This document shows positions 1 through 8,979 of a DNA stretch of 64,000 bases, piece after piece (the first letter of the stretch is position 1; each line of letters starts with the position of its first letter). Under the pieces are notes generated by a model. The model saw only the letters and a program-made list of their open reading frames with translations, did no database searches and was not told the DNA's origin. This DNA comes from an uncultured Anaerolineaceae bacterium (GTDB lineage Bacteria > Chloroflexota > Limnocylindria > Limnocylindrales > CSP1-4). The translations under genes and the position numbers were made by a program. The stretch spans positions 31,471 through 95,470 of the forward strand of contig CAYRTS010000001.1 in assembly GCA_964427285.1 (NCBI GenBank), written 5' to 3'.

Positions 1-1011
1 CCCGACCGAATGACCGACGATCTTCGACCCGCCGATGAACTTGAGCGCCTGCTGGGCGGCCTCCGCCGGCTTGGGCGCTTTCTTGACGTCCGCGTCCTTG
101 ATCCCGTGCATCTGGTTGCCCACGATCGCCCGGCCCGGATTGACAAGGGTGGACCAGCGATCCGTGATCTTGCCGCCTTTGACCTTGACCGCGGCGATCT
201 CCACGAGATCCGCGGATTTCGGATCCGTTCCCGTGGTCTCCACGTCGACGACGACGAACTCCTCGCCAGCCTCGACGCCCGCGGCGAAGTCGAGGACAGA
301 GCCGGTACCGGCATCAAGGAACGGCGTGAACTTGGCCTTGCCGGCCGCCTCGCGCAGCTGCTCCTGGAGATCGATCAGGGGCTGGAGCGCACGATGCCCA
401 AACAGGATCGCCTCGGCCATGACGGCCTCTGGCAGGAGCTTGGCCCCCGCCTCGACCATCATGATCGCGTCACGCGTGCCGGAGACGATGAGGTCGAGCT
501 CGGACTCGGCGAGCTGGGTAAACGTCGGGTTGACGACGAATTCGCCGCCGATGCGCCCGATTCGAACGGCGCCGACGGGACCGGCGAACGGGATCTCGCT
601 GATCGTGAGGGCAGCGGACGCGGCGATCGTCCCGAGGACGTCCGGGTCGTTCTCCTGGTCCGTCGAGAGGACGGTGATGACGAGCTGGATGTCGTCCTTG
701 TAGCCCTCGGGGAACAGCGGACGGATCGGGCGGTCTGTCAGGCGTGCGGCCAGGGTCGCCGCCTCCGACGCGCGGGCTTCGCGCTTGATGAACCCGCCCG
801 GGATCTTGCCCGCGGCGTACATCCGCTCCTCGAATTCGACCGTGAGCGGGAAGAAGTCAAGGCCCGGACGCGGGTCGGAGCGGTTGGCCGTCCCGAGGAC
901 GAAGGTGTCGCCGTAGCGCACGGTGACCGCGCCGCCGGCGAGGCGCGCGAGCTTGCCTGTTTCGATGGTCAGCGTCCGGCCACCGAATTGCGTCTCGAAT
1001 GTGTGAGACAA
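1..1011 (-). CDS. pnp: polyribonucleotide nucleotidyltransferase (PNPase), N-terminal part; gene runs off the left edge of the window
   Basis: Not in the ORF track because it is open at the window edge. My own minus-strand translation from TTG at 1011 (GGAGGA upstream) gives (M)[36 protein letters not shown], a typical PNPase N-terminus. It lies directly downstream of rpsO, as in the conserved rpsO-pnp pair. The + strand ORF 10..1056 is its antisense shadow. Confidence 0.85.
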   Translation of the reverse strand, partial: MSHTFETQFGGRTLTIETGKLARLAGGAVTVRYGDTFVLGTANRSDPRPGLDFFPLTVEFEERMYAAGKIPGGFIKREARASEAATLAARLTDRPIRPLFPEGYKDDIQLVITVLSTDQENDPDVLGTIAASAALTISEIPFAGPVGAVRIGRIGGEFVVNPTFTQLAESELDLIVSGTRDAIMMVEAGAKLLPEAVMAEAILFGHRALQPLIDLQEQLREAAGKAKFTPFLDAGTGSVLDFAAGVEAGEEFVVVDVETTGTDPKSADLVEIAAVKVKGGKITDRWSTLVNPGRAIVGNQMHGIKDADVKKAPKPAEAAQQALKFIGGSKIVGHSVG

Positions 1012-1098
1012 GGGAACTATTCCTCCTTGGTCGTGGAGGAAGGCGACGACCCGTGACCGGTCGGCCGACTGCACTGCTGAGCGTCGTTACGCGTTGGA

Positions 1099-1118
1099 AC
1101 CCCGGTCTGTGCCGGGGT
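1099..1118 (-). terminator. GC hairpin in the rpsO-pnp spacer (7-bp stem, 6-nt loop, no U-tract)
   Basis: Read directly: accccgg-tctgtg-ccggggt, 17 nt past the rpsO stop, followed by the self-complementary ccccgggg. rpsO-pnp spacers classically carry a terminator/RNase III-type hairpin (E. coli). The function here is inferred only. Confidence 0.35.
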
Positions 1119-1135
1119 CCCCGGGGCTGCGACGC

Positions 1136-1405
1136 CTAGCGGCGGAGTCCGAGTCGTCCGATGACGACTCGATAGCGCGCGCTGTCCTTCTTCATCAGAT
1201 AGGCGAGAAGGCGGCGGCGCTGGCCGACGAGCTTGAGGAGGCCACGGCGCGAGTGATTATCCTTTGGGAAGCCCTTGAGATGCCCGGTCAGATCCTTGAT
1301 CCGCTCCGTCAGGAGTGCGACCTGAACCTCCGGCGAACCGGTGTCACCTTCCTTGGTGGCATACCCGGTGATGATCTCCTGCTTCTGTTCCCGCGCCAGC
1401 GGCAC
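1136..1405 (-). CDS. rpsO: 30S ribosomal protein S15
   Basis: 89-aa ORF with a GTG start and GGAGG just upstream. Sequence ...[47 protein letters not shown]... is the S15 signature. Followed by pnp. Confidence 0.97.
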   Translation of the reverse strand: MPLAREQKQEIITGYATKEGDTGSPEVQVALLTERIKDLTGHLKGFPKDNHSRRGLLKLVGQRRRLLAYLMKKDSARYRVVIGRLGLRR

Positions 1406-1459
1406 TCGTTCCTCCGAACACGACGTGACTACGTGATGTTTCCAATCTTTGACCGGCGG

Positions 1460-1469
1460 ATGGTAGCAC
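1460..1469 (-). promoter_or_regulatory. extended -10 promoter candidate for rpsO (GTGC-TACCAT-CCGCC)
   Basis: Minus strand reads tcGTGCTACCATCCGCCgg about 55 nt upstream of the rpsO GTG. The same GTGCTAnnnT-CC(G/C) pattern occurs upstream of rpsB and rplS. Confidence 0.4.
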
Positions 1470-1537
1470 GATGCGCCAAACGCAGCGCAGGACAGTCGTT
1501 CGGTGTGAAGGTCGCCCGATAGGCCGACAATGTACCC

Positions 1538-2101
1538 ATGCCGCGACTTGACAGAATCTATACCCGGACCGGGGACGAAGGCATGACCGGGCTAGGTGGT
1601 GGCCAGCGCGTCCCCAAGGATTCGCTACGGGTGGACACGTACGGCACGGTCGACGAACTGAACTCGCAGATCGGCGTCGCCCTGGCGACTGGTCTGTGCG
1701 CGCGGCTGACGGAGGAGCTTGGATTGATCCAGAACGAGCTGTTCGACCTCGGCTCCGACCTCGCCACCCCCGCCAGCAGCCAGGCGCGCCACCCTGTCCC
1801 GACGGTCGAGACCCGCCATATCGAGAAGCTCGAACACTTGATCGACGAACTCAACCAGGTCGTCGGCCCGTTGGCCAACTTCCTGTTGCCCGGTGGGTCA
1901 CCCGGCGCGGCACAGCTCCACCTGGCCCGGACCGTCTGCCGGCGCGCGGAACGCCTCGCGACCACCTTGGCGCGTGGCGAGGCGATCGGCCCAACCGTGC
2001 TCCCCTATCTCAACCGCTTGTCCGATGGGCTCTTCGTCATGGCCCGCTACGAAAACCATGAGCGCGGCGTCAGGGAGCCACTCTGGCAGCCGGGGCGGTG
2101 A
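1538..2101 (+). CDS. PduO-type ATP:cob(I)alamin adenosyltransferase
   Basis: 187-aa ORF. N-terminus [40 protein letters not shown] is typical of the PduO/MMAB family. One of only four + strand genes. Confidence 0.85.
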   Translation: MPRLDRIYTRTGDEGMTGLGGGQRVPKDSLRVDTYGTVDELNSQIGVALATGLCARLTEELGLIQNELFDLGSDLATPASSQARHPVPTVETRHIEKLEHLIDELNQVVGPLANFLLPGGSPGAAQLHLARTVCRRAERLATTLARGEAIGPTVLPYLNRLSDGLFVMARYENHERGVREPLWQPGR

Positions 2102-2136
2102 ACCCCTGAGAGCGCGACCGAACTCCGGTCCGCTGG

Positions 2137-2901
2137 CTACGACCGCCCGTCGCCCTCCGCAGTGCCGGGCCCACGGCGATAGACGCGCAGCTCGATCACG
2201 CTCGACACGTGCCACTCCAGCGAGAGCATCACCCGTCGACCGCTGCCGTCGACATCGACCTGCTGGAGGGACTGCAGCAACGTTCCGGGTGACACGCCCA
2301 GGACCGCGGCGAGATCGACATCGGCGCTCGCCGGCGCCACGACCGCCTCCCCGTGGTTGACCGCGTGACCGCAGGCTGCGAGGAGCGCGTAGATCGAGCC
2401 GCCGAGCGCCTCGATATCTCGATCGGCGTCGACGATGTCGCCCGGCAGGTGATCGATCGAGTACACCGCCGGCCGATCGTCCGCCGTCCGAACGCGGCGC
2501 AACTCAACGATGGGCTGTCCGGGTTCGAGATGGAGCTGCTCGGCGACGGAGACAGATGCCGGGATCGTTCGAATTCCGAGCGTGCGCCGGCCAGCGCGCA
2601 CGCCGGTCGACTCGAGGTACGAGGTATAGGAGAAGTTCCGGTCCAACGAGTTGCGCAGGAGCGGCCGTGCTGTCACATAGGTCCCGGAACCATGGCGTCG
2701 TGACAGATAGCCCTCCTCGACCAGGCCTCGAACCGCTTCGCGAATCGTGGGCCGGCTGACGGCGAATCGCCGAGCCAGGGCGTCCTCGTTGGGAAGCTTC
2801 GAACCCGGACCGTAGGCGCCCTGGATGACCGCTCGGCGCAGACCGTCACGGACCATGTCAGCCAGGAGCGGTCGGGCGTTTGGCCAGCCTTGCGTCGTCA
2901 C
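2137..2901 (-). CDS. GntR-family transcriptional regulator, HutC/UTRA subfamily; last gene of the accessory operon
   Basis: 254 aa. Winged-HTH LPNEDALARRFAVSRPTIREAVRGLVEEGYLSRRHGSGTYV, then a UTRA-like C-terminal half. Its GTG start overlaps the upstream permease stop (GTGA at 2898-2901). Confidence 0.9.
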   Translation of the reverse strand: MTTQGWPNARPLLADMVRDGLRRAVIQGAYGPGSKLPNEDALARRFAVSRPTIREAVRGLVEEGYLSRRHGSGTYVTARPLLRNSLDRNFSYTSYLESTGVRAGRRTLGIRTIPASVSVAEQLHLEPGQPIVELRRVRTADDRPAVYSIDHLPGDIVDADRDIEALGGSIYALLAACGHAVNHGEAVVAPASADVDLAAVLGVSPGTLLQSLQQVDVDGSGRRVMLSLEWHVSSVIELRVYRRGPGTAEGDGRS

Positions 2902-3812
2902 GTCGAGACCGTGTCGCCGGTCGCGGCGTCAGGCGAACGCCTCCGCTGCCGGCCACGCCGATAGGCCAGCCCGGCGAGCAACATCGCCAGGATCGTCACG
3001 GCGAGCAACACGCTCGCGATGGCGTTCACTTCCGGGCTGATTCCACGACGGATGGAGGCGAACAGGTAGATCGGCACGGTCTGGTCCTGGCCACTCGTGA
3101 AGAAGGCGACGATGAAGTCGTCGAAGCTGAATGTGAACGCCAGCAAGGCGCCGGAGACAATCGCCGGGAGCAGCTGCGGGAGGGTGACCTGGAGGAACGT
3201 TCGCCATGGGGTGGCGAACAGATCTTCCGATGCCTCGACAAGCGTTCGGTCCATCCCGCGCAGCCGGGCCCGGACCAGGATCGTGACGATGGCCGTGGTG
3301 AACAGGGTATGGGCCGCAATGATGCTGGCGGTGCCAAGCCCCAGGTGCGGTGCGCTCTCACCGGCGACGTAGATGAGCCACGGGTTCAGCCAGTCGAACG
3401 CGAATACCAGGAAGATCAGTGACGCGATCCCGATCACGATGCCGGGCACGATGATGGCGACATAGGCCAGCAACTCCATCAGCCAGCGCAGGCGCGGCGG
3501 GAGTCGGTCCATGGCCAGGGCCGACGCCGTGCCCATGAAGGTCGCCAGAACGGCCGTCGTACCGGCAATCGTCAGGCTGTTGCGCAGCGCGTCCAACAGA
3601 AATCGGTCCGACCAGGCCGAGGCATACCACTGGGTGGAAAAACCCTTCAGGTCGGTCACGTGGCTGCCGGCGTTGAAGCTGTAGATCACGACGATCGCGA
3701 TCGGCAGGAACAGGAATACAAACACGAGCACCGTATAGATCCGCGTCGCGCGATCGCCGAGGCGCTCCAGGCGAGCCGCGTGGAGGGCGGCGCGGAGGTC
3801 CAGCCCGGTCAT
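2898..3812 (-). CDS. ABC transporter permease, PotC-like
   Basis: This is the C-terminal 304 aa of the 574-aa track ORF. Start ATG at 3812 (MTGLDLRAAL...), or the in-frame GTG at 3821 giving a GTGA overlap with the upstream stop. Multiple TM segments and EAA loop EASEDLFATPWRTFLQVTLPQLLPAI. The N-terminal 270 aa of the track ORF is out-of-frame read-through of the neighbouring permease. Confidence 0.88.
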   Translation of the reverse strand: MTGLDLRAALHAARLERLGDRATRIYTVLVFVFLFLPIAIVVIYSFNAGSHVTDLKGFSTQWYASAWSDRFLLDALRNSLTIAGTTAVLATFMGTASALAMDRLPPRLRWLMELLAYVAIIVPGIVIGIASLIFLVFAFDWLNPWLIYVAGESAPHLGLGTASIIAAHTLFTTAIVTILVRARLRGMDRTLVEASEDLFATPWRTFLQVTLPQLLPAIVSGALLAFTFSFDDFIVAFFTSGQDQTVPIYLFASIRRGISPEVNAIASVLLAVTILAMLLAGLAYRRGRQRRRSPDAATGDTVST

Positions 3813-3817
3813 GCCGG

Positions 3818-4705
3818 TCACAGCAGGCTCGCTTCCCGACCGACCCGGACGAGCCGCCGTGAGACGGCGAGATAGCCTGCCACAAGCGCGATCATCCCGG
3901 CCACGAATACGCTCGCGAGCGCCGATCCGAATGGCCAGTTCCGACTCTGCAGGAAGAGATCGGCGAGGGCGTTGCCAAGGAAGTAGGTCTTCCCGCCGCC
4001 CAGGAGAATCGGGATCAGATACTCGCCCATGATCGGGATGAACACGAGGACGATACCCGACAGGATGCCGGGCGCCGCAAGGGGCAGGACAATCTGCCGG
4101 ATCGTGGCGACGGGTCCGGCCCCCAGGTCGCGCGAGGCCTCCATGAATGAACGATCGAGGCGCTCCAGGCTGACGTACATCGGCAGGACCATCAGCGGCA
4201 AGTAGTTGTAGACGATGCCCAGCGACACCGCGAAGGGCGTGTTCAGCAGCTGGACCTCCCCGAACCCAATCCAGCCCAGGATCCGTGGGACGCCGTTGGC
4301 GCCCAGCAGCGTCATCCACGCGTAGGTACGGATCAGGAAGCTGGTCCAGAACGGGACAACGACGAGTGCGATCAGCACGAGCTTCCAGCTGCCGGTGACC
4401 TTGAGTGCCAGGGTATACGCCACCGGGAAGGCGACGAGCAGGCAGATGACCGTGTTGAGTGCGGCCAGGCCCAGGGTATTGGTGAGTGGCGTGATCCTCG
4501 TCGTGAGGTTGGCGTACTGCTCGAGGGTCAGCGCCGGGGTGTAGCCGCCATTGGGCGATCGCTCGCCCACGGAGATGACGGCCAGCACGACCAGCGGCGC
4601 GATCAGGAAACCGACATACCACAGCGCCGCGGGTACGACGAGCAGGGCAGCAAGGCCACGCCGCCCGGCGTGGCCTTGCGCAGCCGCCCTGCTCGTCGTC
4701 GTCAT
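3818..4705 (-). CDS. ABC transporter permease, PotB-like
   Basis: 295 aa with six hydrophobic segments and EAA loop EASRDLGAGPVATIRQIVLPLAAPGI. Confidence 0.9.
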   Translation of the reverse strand: MTTTSRAAAQGHAGRRGLAALLVVPAALWYVGFLIAPLVVLAVISVGERSPNGGYTPALTLEQYANLTTRITPLTNTLGLAALNTVICLLVAFPVAYTLALKVTGSWKLVLIALVVVPFWTSFLIRTYAWMTLLGANGVPRILGWIGFGEVQLLNTPFAVSLGIVYNYLPLMVLPMYVSLERLDRSFMEASRDLGAGPVATIRQIVLPLAAPGILSGIVLVFIPIMGEYLIPILLGGGKTYFLGNALADLFLQSRNWPFGSALASVFVAGMIALVAGYLAVSRRLVRVGREASLL

Positions 4706-4712
4706 CTGGGGG

Positions 4713-5897
4713 TCAGGCGGATGCCTTGATGCGCGCCCAGGTTTCGGCCCGCTCGGGACTGTTGTACGTGGCGTTGACGGCGTACTCCAGCTTCACCAGG
4801 GAGTCGGCGCTCGGGTAGATAACCGGGTTGTTCTTGATCGCGTCGGTGAGGAGCGCGGTCGCCTTGTCGTTGGCGTGCGGGAACAGGCAGAACTCCGTCT
4901 CGGCCGCGGCCTGCTCCGGCTGGGTGATGTAGTTGAGGAAGGCGTACGCGGCGTTCTTGTGCGGTGCGTCCGCGGCCACGGTGTAGCTGTCGATCCACAG
5001 CTCACCACCATCCCCGGCGACGACGTAGCGGGCGTCCGCGTTGTCGCGGCTCACCTGGACACCGTCACCGGTCCACGCGATGGTCAGCCACGTGTCCAGC
5101 GCGCGCAACGCCGGCTGTACGTCCGACGAGATCGCGAACAGCCTGGGCTTGAGCGCGATGAGCATCGCCTCGACGCTGGCCATCTCCGTCGGGTCGATGG
5201 TGTTCAGCGAGTAGCCCATGGCCACGGCCGCAGAGCCGAACGAGCTGATCTGATGGTCCACGATCTGGGCCTTGCCCTCGTACGTCGTGCCCGCCAGGTC
5301 AAAAAACTGCTCCCAGGTGGTGAGATCCTGAGTCACCTTGGAGCTGCGATAGGCGATGCCGGTCGTGCCCCAGTTCTTGGGCAGGGAGTGCTTGTTGCCC
5401 TTGTCGAACGCCTGGTCCATGAACCGCGCGTTCCAGTCGGCCCTCACGAAGTCGGGCATCCTGGCGTAGTCGAGCGGCTCGATCAGACTGTCTGCCACCC
5501 AGCCCTCGATCGCGTAGTTCGACGGTACGACGACATCGATGCCGGAATTGCCAGCCCGGATCTTGGCTTCCATCTCCTCGGTCGATCCGTAGACACCGAC
5601 GTTGATCGCAACACCGGTCGACGCCGTGAAGCCGTCCAGGACCTCCTGGCTGTGATAGTTCCCCCAGGTCGCGAGATTGAGGGTGTTACCGAGACTGCTC
5701 CCGCCTCCCGCACTCGACGCCGCAGCCGAGGGGGCTGTGGTCGCCGCGGGTGCCGGGGCGCAGGCGGCCAACGCCATGGCACCCAGGCCAGCGCCAGAGC
5801 CGATCAGAAAATGTCGCCGAGAAATCCGGCGCTCGATCGCGAGGCGCGTGATTGCGGCGGAATCCCACCGCTGAGCCGGGTCACGTCGGTTCGTCAT
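4713..5897 (-). CDS. periplasmic/lipoprotein substrate-binding protein, PotD/PotF (polyamine-type) family
   Basis: I start it at ATG 5897 (GGAGGAAGGA upstream), not at the track start 6122. Twin-arginine plus lipobox signal: SRRHFLIGSGAGLGAMALAAC. Body matches the PotD/F pattern: LNLATWGNY...GIDVVVPSNY...PKNWGTTGIAYR... Confidence 0.85.
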   Translation of the reverse strand: MTNRRDPAQRWDSAAITRLAIERRISRRHFLIGSGAGLGAMALAACAPAPAATTAPSAAASSAGGGSSLGNTLNLATWGNYHSQEVLDGFTASTGVAINVGVYGSTEEMEAKIRAGNSGIDVVVPSNYAIEGWVADSLIEPLDYARMPDFVRADWNARFMDQAFDKGNKHSLPKNWGTTGIAYRSSKVTQDLTTWEQFFDLAGTTYEGKAQIVDHQISSFGSAAVAMGYSLNTIDPTEMASVEAMLIALKPRLFAISSDVQPALRALDTWLTIAWTGDGVQVSRDNADARYVVAGDGGELWIDSYTVAADAPHKNAAYAFLNYITQPEQAAAETEFCLFPHANDKATALLTDAIKNNPVIYPSADSLVKLEYAVNATYNSPERAETWARIKASA

Positions 5898-5964
5898 CGT
5901 TCCTTCCTCCTGGGTCCGGGTCGCACCCGGGTCCTCGATCATTCGGGTCTGTCCGTGCGGTCGT

Positions 5965-6687
5965 CTACGCGTCGTCGACCACCACCTCCCTCCCGGCTGC
6001 GGCTCGGGTGAGCTCGAGCGCGCACGCGACCTGCTCACGGATGGATGGGCCGGCAGGCAATCTGCGGTCGAAGATGGCACCACCGATGGTGTACGCCCAG
6101 GCGCCGGCGCGGGCCAGGGCATTGATCCGTGCCACGGAGTCGACGCTGCCGGCCGCGATCACGGGGCCCGCGGAGGCGTGAACCACGCTACGGACGAGCA
6201 GCGGGACATCGCCGTCCCAGCGGTAGGCCAGGAGGTCCAGCCCATCGACGCCCTCCCGCGCCGTCAGATCGCGGGCACTCGCCGAAATCTCCTCGATCGT
6301 CCCCTCGAGGATGCTCGGATGACCGACGACGCGGCCCGGAAACGGACAGTACCGCGGACGCCCGGGCGTGCCCGGCGGACCGATTCTGTCGAGAATGGCC
6401 AGTGCCGCGTCCGGATGGGTCCCGCCGAGCAGCCAGTCGACCCCGATCTCGAGTGACGCCTCCACGCTGCGGATCTCATCCTCGGCGCGTTCCGACACGA
6501 CTTCGAGGAATACCTCTCGGCCGTCCGCACGCATGGCCGAGGCCAGGTCGCCCAGCCGAGCGGTCGGCAGGCCGACGTCCTTGAACCCGACATAGCGCAC
6601 GCTGGTGTCGCGGATGTCGGCGTAGACGTCCATGGCGTCCGCGACGGTCCGGTCGTGGTGAGTCAGCATGAAGATGAACTCGAGCAC
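5965..6687 (-). CDS. phosphate-binding (beta/alpha)8-barrel-like protein, NanE/GlpP-like; family not firmly assigned
   Basis: 240 aa with a GTG start and strong AAGGAGG upstream. The C-terminal segment PVIAAGSVDSVARINALARAGAWAYTIGGAIFDR resembles (from memory) the NanE phosphate-binding end [32 protein letters not shown]. No HMM was run. Confidence 0.5.
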   Translation of the reverse strand: MLEFIFMLTHHDRTVADAMDVYADIRDTSVRYVGFKDVGLPTARLGDLASAMRADGREVFLEVVSERAEDEIRSVEASLEIGVDWLLGGTHPDAALAILDRIGPPGTPGRPRYCPFPGRVVGHPSILEGTIEEISASARDLTAREGVDGLDLLAYRWDGDVPLLVRSVVHASAGPVIAAGSVDSVARINALARAGAWAYTIGGAIFDRRLPAGPSIREQVACALELTRAAAGREVVVDDA

Positions 6688-6697
6688 GTCAGCCTCC

Positions 6698-7552
6698 TTA
6701 TCCCGGCGGGACGGAGCGACCCGGGTCGCCCGGCAGAATATCGGCGATACGGTCGAGGATGAAGTCCGGCAGTATGGTCGCGGCTGTCAGGGAATTGACC
6801 GTCGTCGCCCCGGTCAGGACAAGCGCCGAGACCATCCCTGCTTCGTGCGCCATTCGAACGTCGGTCAGCAATCGATCGCCGACGAGGATCGTGTCGCTCG
6901 CCGACAGGGCGAGACGGTCCAGGAGCGCCGCGGCCATGTGTGGAGACGGCTTGCCGACGATCGCCTCCGCTCGTTCGCCGGTGGACGCCTCGATCGCGGC
7001 CAGCATCGCAGCACAATCGGGCAGGTCGCCGTCCGGCGTCGGGCAGAACGGATCCGGGTTCGTGGCCACGATGCGAGCGCCGGCGCGAACGGCCCGGAAC
7101 GCCGCGACAAGCTTGGCGTAGTCGAACGAGCGGTCCCACGCGACCACCACGACGTCGGCGTCAGTCGGGTCGTCCAGCGCGGGATCCAGGACCGTGTAAC
7201 CGGCGTCACGAAGCATTCCCGAGAGGAGCGGCTCGGTGATCGGAAGGATCCGGGCGCCACTGGCATTGCGGGCCAGGTAGCGCAGCAGCGAGTCGGTCGA
7301 GGAGACCACCGCCGACGCGGTTGCTGGAATGCCAAGGTCCGTCAGCTTGGCGGCGTACGCGGCCGGCGTGTCGAGGGGCTTGTTGGTCAGGAACGCGACC
7401 CTAGCCCCGCTCGCGCGAACGGCTGCGACCGTTTCCGCCGCACCGGGAAGAAGGCGGTCGCCAAGATAGAGGGTTCCATCCAGATCGAAGACATACCCGC
7501 CGAAGAATCGGGGCGGGCGACGCCGGGCTGCGGTGGGTCGCAGATCGGTCAT
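6698..7552 (-). CDS. HAD-IIA (NagD/AraL-type) sugar-phosphate phosphatase
   Basis: Start ATG 7552 overlaps the upstream stop (ATGA). Motifs: FDLDGTLY (I), VAFLTNKP (II) and LVGDRLLTDV (IV), characteristic of HAD subfamily IIA. Confidence 0.85.
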   Translation of the reverse strand: MTDLRPTAARRRPPRFFGGYVFDLDGTLYLGDRLLPGAAETVAAVRASGARVAFLTNKPLDTPAAYAAKLTDLGIPATASAVVSSTDSLLRYLARNASGARILPITEPLLSGMLRDAGYTVLDPALDDPTDADVVVVAWDRSFDYAKLVAAFRAVRAGARIVATNPDPFCPTPDGDLPDCAAMLAAIEASTGERAEAIVGKPSPHMAAALLDRLALSASDTILVGDRLLTDVRMAHEAGMVSALVLTGATTVNSLTAATILPDFILDRIADILPGDPGRSVPPG

Positions 7553-8979
7553 CGGCCGTTCTCCATGATCCCCGACCGGCTGAGCAACTCGTCCACCGTT
7601 GCGTTGTCCCAATCCCCGGCGAAGAAGCGCAGGTCAGCCACGGTGAACCGATCGCGCATCAGCGGGAGGGCGCGAAGCGCCCAGATCACCACCTCAGGTG
7701 GCGGACACGGCTCGAGCGATGCAACACGGGTCGCCGCGCCTGCGTCCCGCAGGGCGCAAGACAGCCGCTCCGGCGTGGCAACGAGGTCGCGGAGGGCGGT
7801 CCGATGCGCTTCCCAACCCGCCGCCAGGGCTTCGACCCTGGAGCGTTGGGCGTGCCAGCGCTCCAACTTGCGGCCGACGTCGCGCCAGCACTCGTCGGCC
7901 ATCCGGCCGCTTGGGTCCAGCGGGTCAAACGTGGCGCGGACGCGGCGCTCGACCTGATCCGCAGGCGGGAACGCCGTGTCCCGCAGGAGATGAGCTGGAT
8001 TGAGGTGGTCCAACGTGTCGTGCCAGACCGTCGCTGCGAGGATGCTGGCCACGCCGACCTGCGCGCCGTGGAACGCCAGGGGCCGACCGGCCCGTTGCGC
8101 CGCCATGTCCAGCAGGTGGCTGAGCAGGTGCTCCGTGCCCGAGAGCGGCGCAGTCCGGCCGGCCACACCCATCGCGATGCCGGTGAGGGTCATCCGCGTC
8201 GCCAGCTCGGCCAGCATCGTGGGGTCGTTGGCCCGGACCCGGGCCGCGCCATCAAGCAGACCCTCCGCGCCGTGACGGAAGAGGTCAACGATCCCAGGGT
8301 CGAAGTCGTCGGCGAGCCCAACCGCGCTGGCGAGATACCAGTCCGCCGGTGCCGTGAACATCGAACACAGCTCGCCGAAGCCAGCTCGGTTCATGGCCGG
8401 CGGAGCGTCCGCCAGCACCTCGAGATCCACGATGAGGGTGTCGGGCCAACGCGACGGCATGGTGCGTTTCACCCCATCTCGAGACAGCACCGCCATGTCG
8501 TCGGAGAACGCATTGACTGACACCGCGGTCTGGACGACGACAAAGGGGACGCCACCGGCGCGGTGCGAGGCGTCCTTAGCGATATCCGTGATCGTCCCCG
8601 AGCCCACGGACACCACGCAGCCGGCCCCGATGATGGCAGCATCCGCCTGGGCGAGGGCGGCCCCGTCGGCATGGAGTTCGGCACCGTCCGCCCGGATCAC
8701 CACCAGTCGCGTTTCGAAACGGGCGGACAGCATGGCCGCGACCAGGGCCTTGAGGTCGGCGCCGTCGCGACGGATGGCTGTCGCGTCCACGATCAGGACG
8801 ACTGGTCCCGGGCGACGGACAGCAGCAACGTCATCAGGCAGGGCGGCCAGTGCATTCGAGGCGATCCGCACCGTGCCAAGGCCGATCGGTTTCCGCGTGG
8901 GGCCATCAGGTTCGGTCAGAAGCCGACGGCGCAGACCATTCAGGTCCGTGGGATCCGGGAGCGCGATCCGTCCGGTCAT
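7549..8979 (-). CDS. glycerol-1-phosphate dehydrogenase-like (AraM/EgsA branch of the DHQS-like/Fe-ADH superfamily)
   Basis: Start ATG 8979 (MTGRIALPD...) overlaps the kinase stop (ATGA), giving 477 aa. Motifs: GSGTITDIAKDAS, VVVQTAVSVNAFSDDMAVL, NRAGFGELCSMFTAPADWYLA and SGTEHLLSHLLD. The 738-aa track ORF is a spurious N-terminal extension. Confidence 0.75.
   Translation of the reverse strand: MTGRIALPDPTDLNGLRRRLLTEPDGPTRKPIGLGTVRIASNALAALPDDVAAVRRPGPVVLIVDATAIRRDGADLKALVAAMLSARFETRLVVIRADGAELHADGAALAQADAAIIGAGCVVSVGSGTITDIAKDASHRAGGVPFVVVQTAVSVNAFSDDMAVLSRDGVKRTMPSRWPDTLIVDLEVLADAPPAMNRAGFGELCSMFTAPADWYLASAVGLADDFDPGIVDLFRHGAEGLLDGAARVRANDPTMLAELATRMTLTGIAMGVAGRTAPLSGTEHLLSHLLDMAAQRAGRPLAFHGAQVGVASILAATVWHDTLDHLNPAHLLRDTAFPPADQVERRVRATFDPLDPSGRMADECWRDVGRKLERWHAQRSRVEALAAGWEAHRTALRDLVATPERLSCALRDAGAATRVASLEPCPPPEVVIWALRALPLMRDRFTVADLRFFAGDWDNATVDELLSRSGIMENGR

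Noticed and set aside
10-1056. 348-aa + strand ORF (and the nested 35..703 ORF) at the left edge
   Set aside because: It is antisense to a clear PNPase N-terminus on the minus strand. Its composition is Arg/Asp/Gly/Leu-rich and typical of a GC-rich shadow frame, with no recognisable motif.
1406-1537. Possible cobalamin riboswitch upstream of the PduO-type adenosyltransferase
   Set aside because: The spacer is only 132 nt and is shared with the rpsO promoter and leader. No B12-box-like sequence is visible.
2102-2136. Possible bidirectional terminator between the convergent PduO-type and GntR genes
   Set aside because: Only an imperfect 5-bp stem with a bulge (gaccg-aactc-cggtc) and no U-tract. 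Too weak to call.
2898-4622. 574-aa minus-strand ORF suggesting a large fused permease
   Set aside because: Only the C-terminal 304 aa look like a PotC-type permease. The N-terminal part overlaps the PotB-like gene out of frame and is Arg/Pro/Gly-rich nonsense. An internal start at 3812/3821 gives proper coupling.
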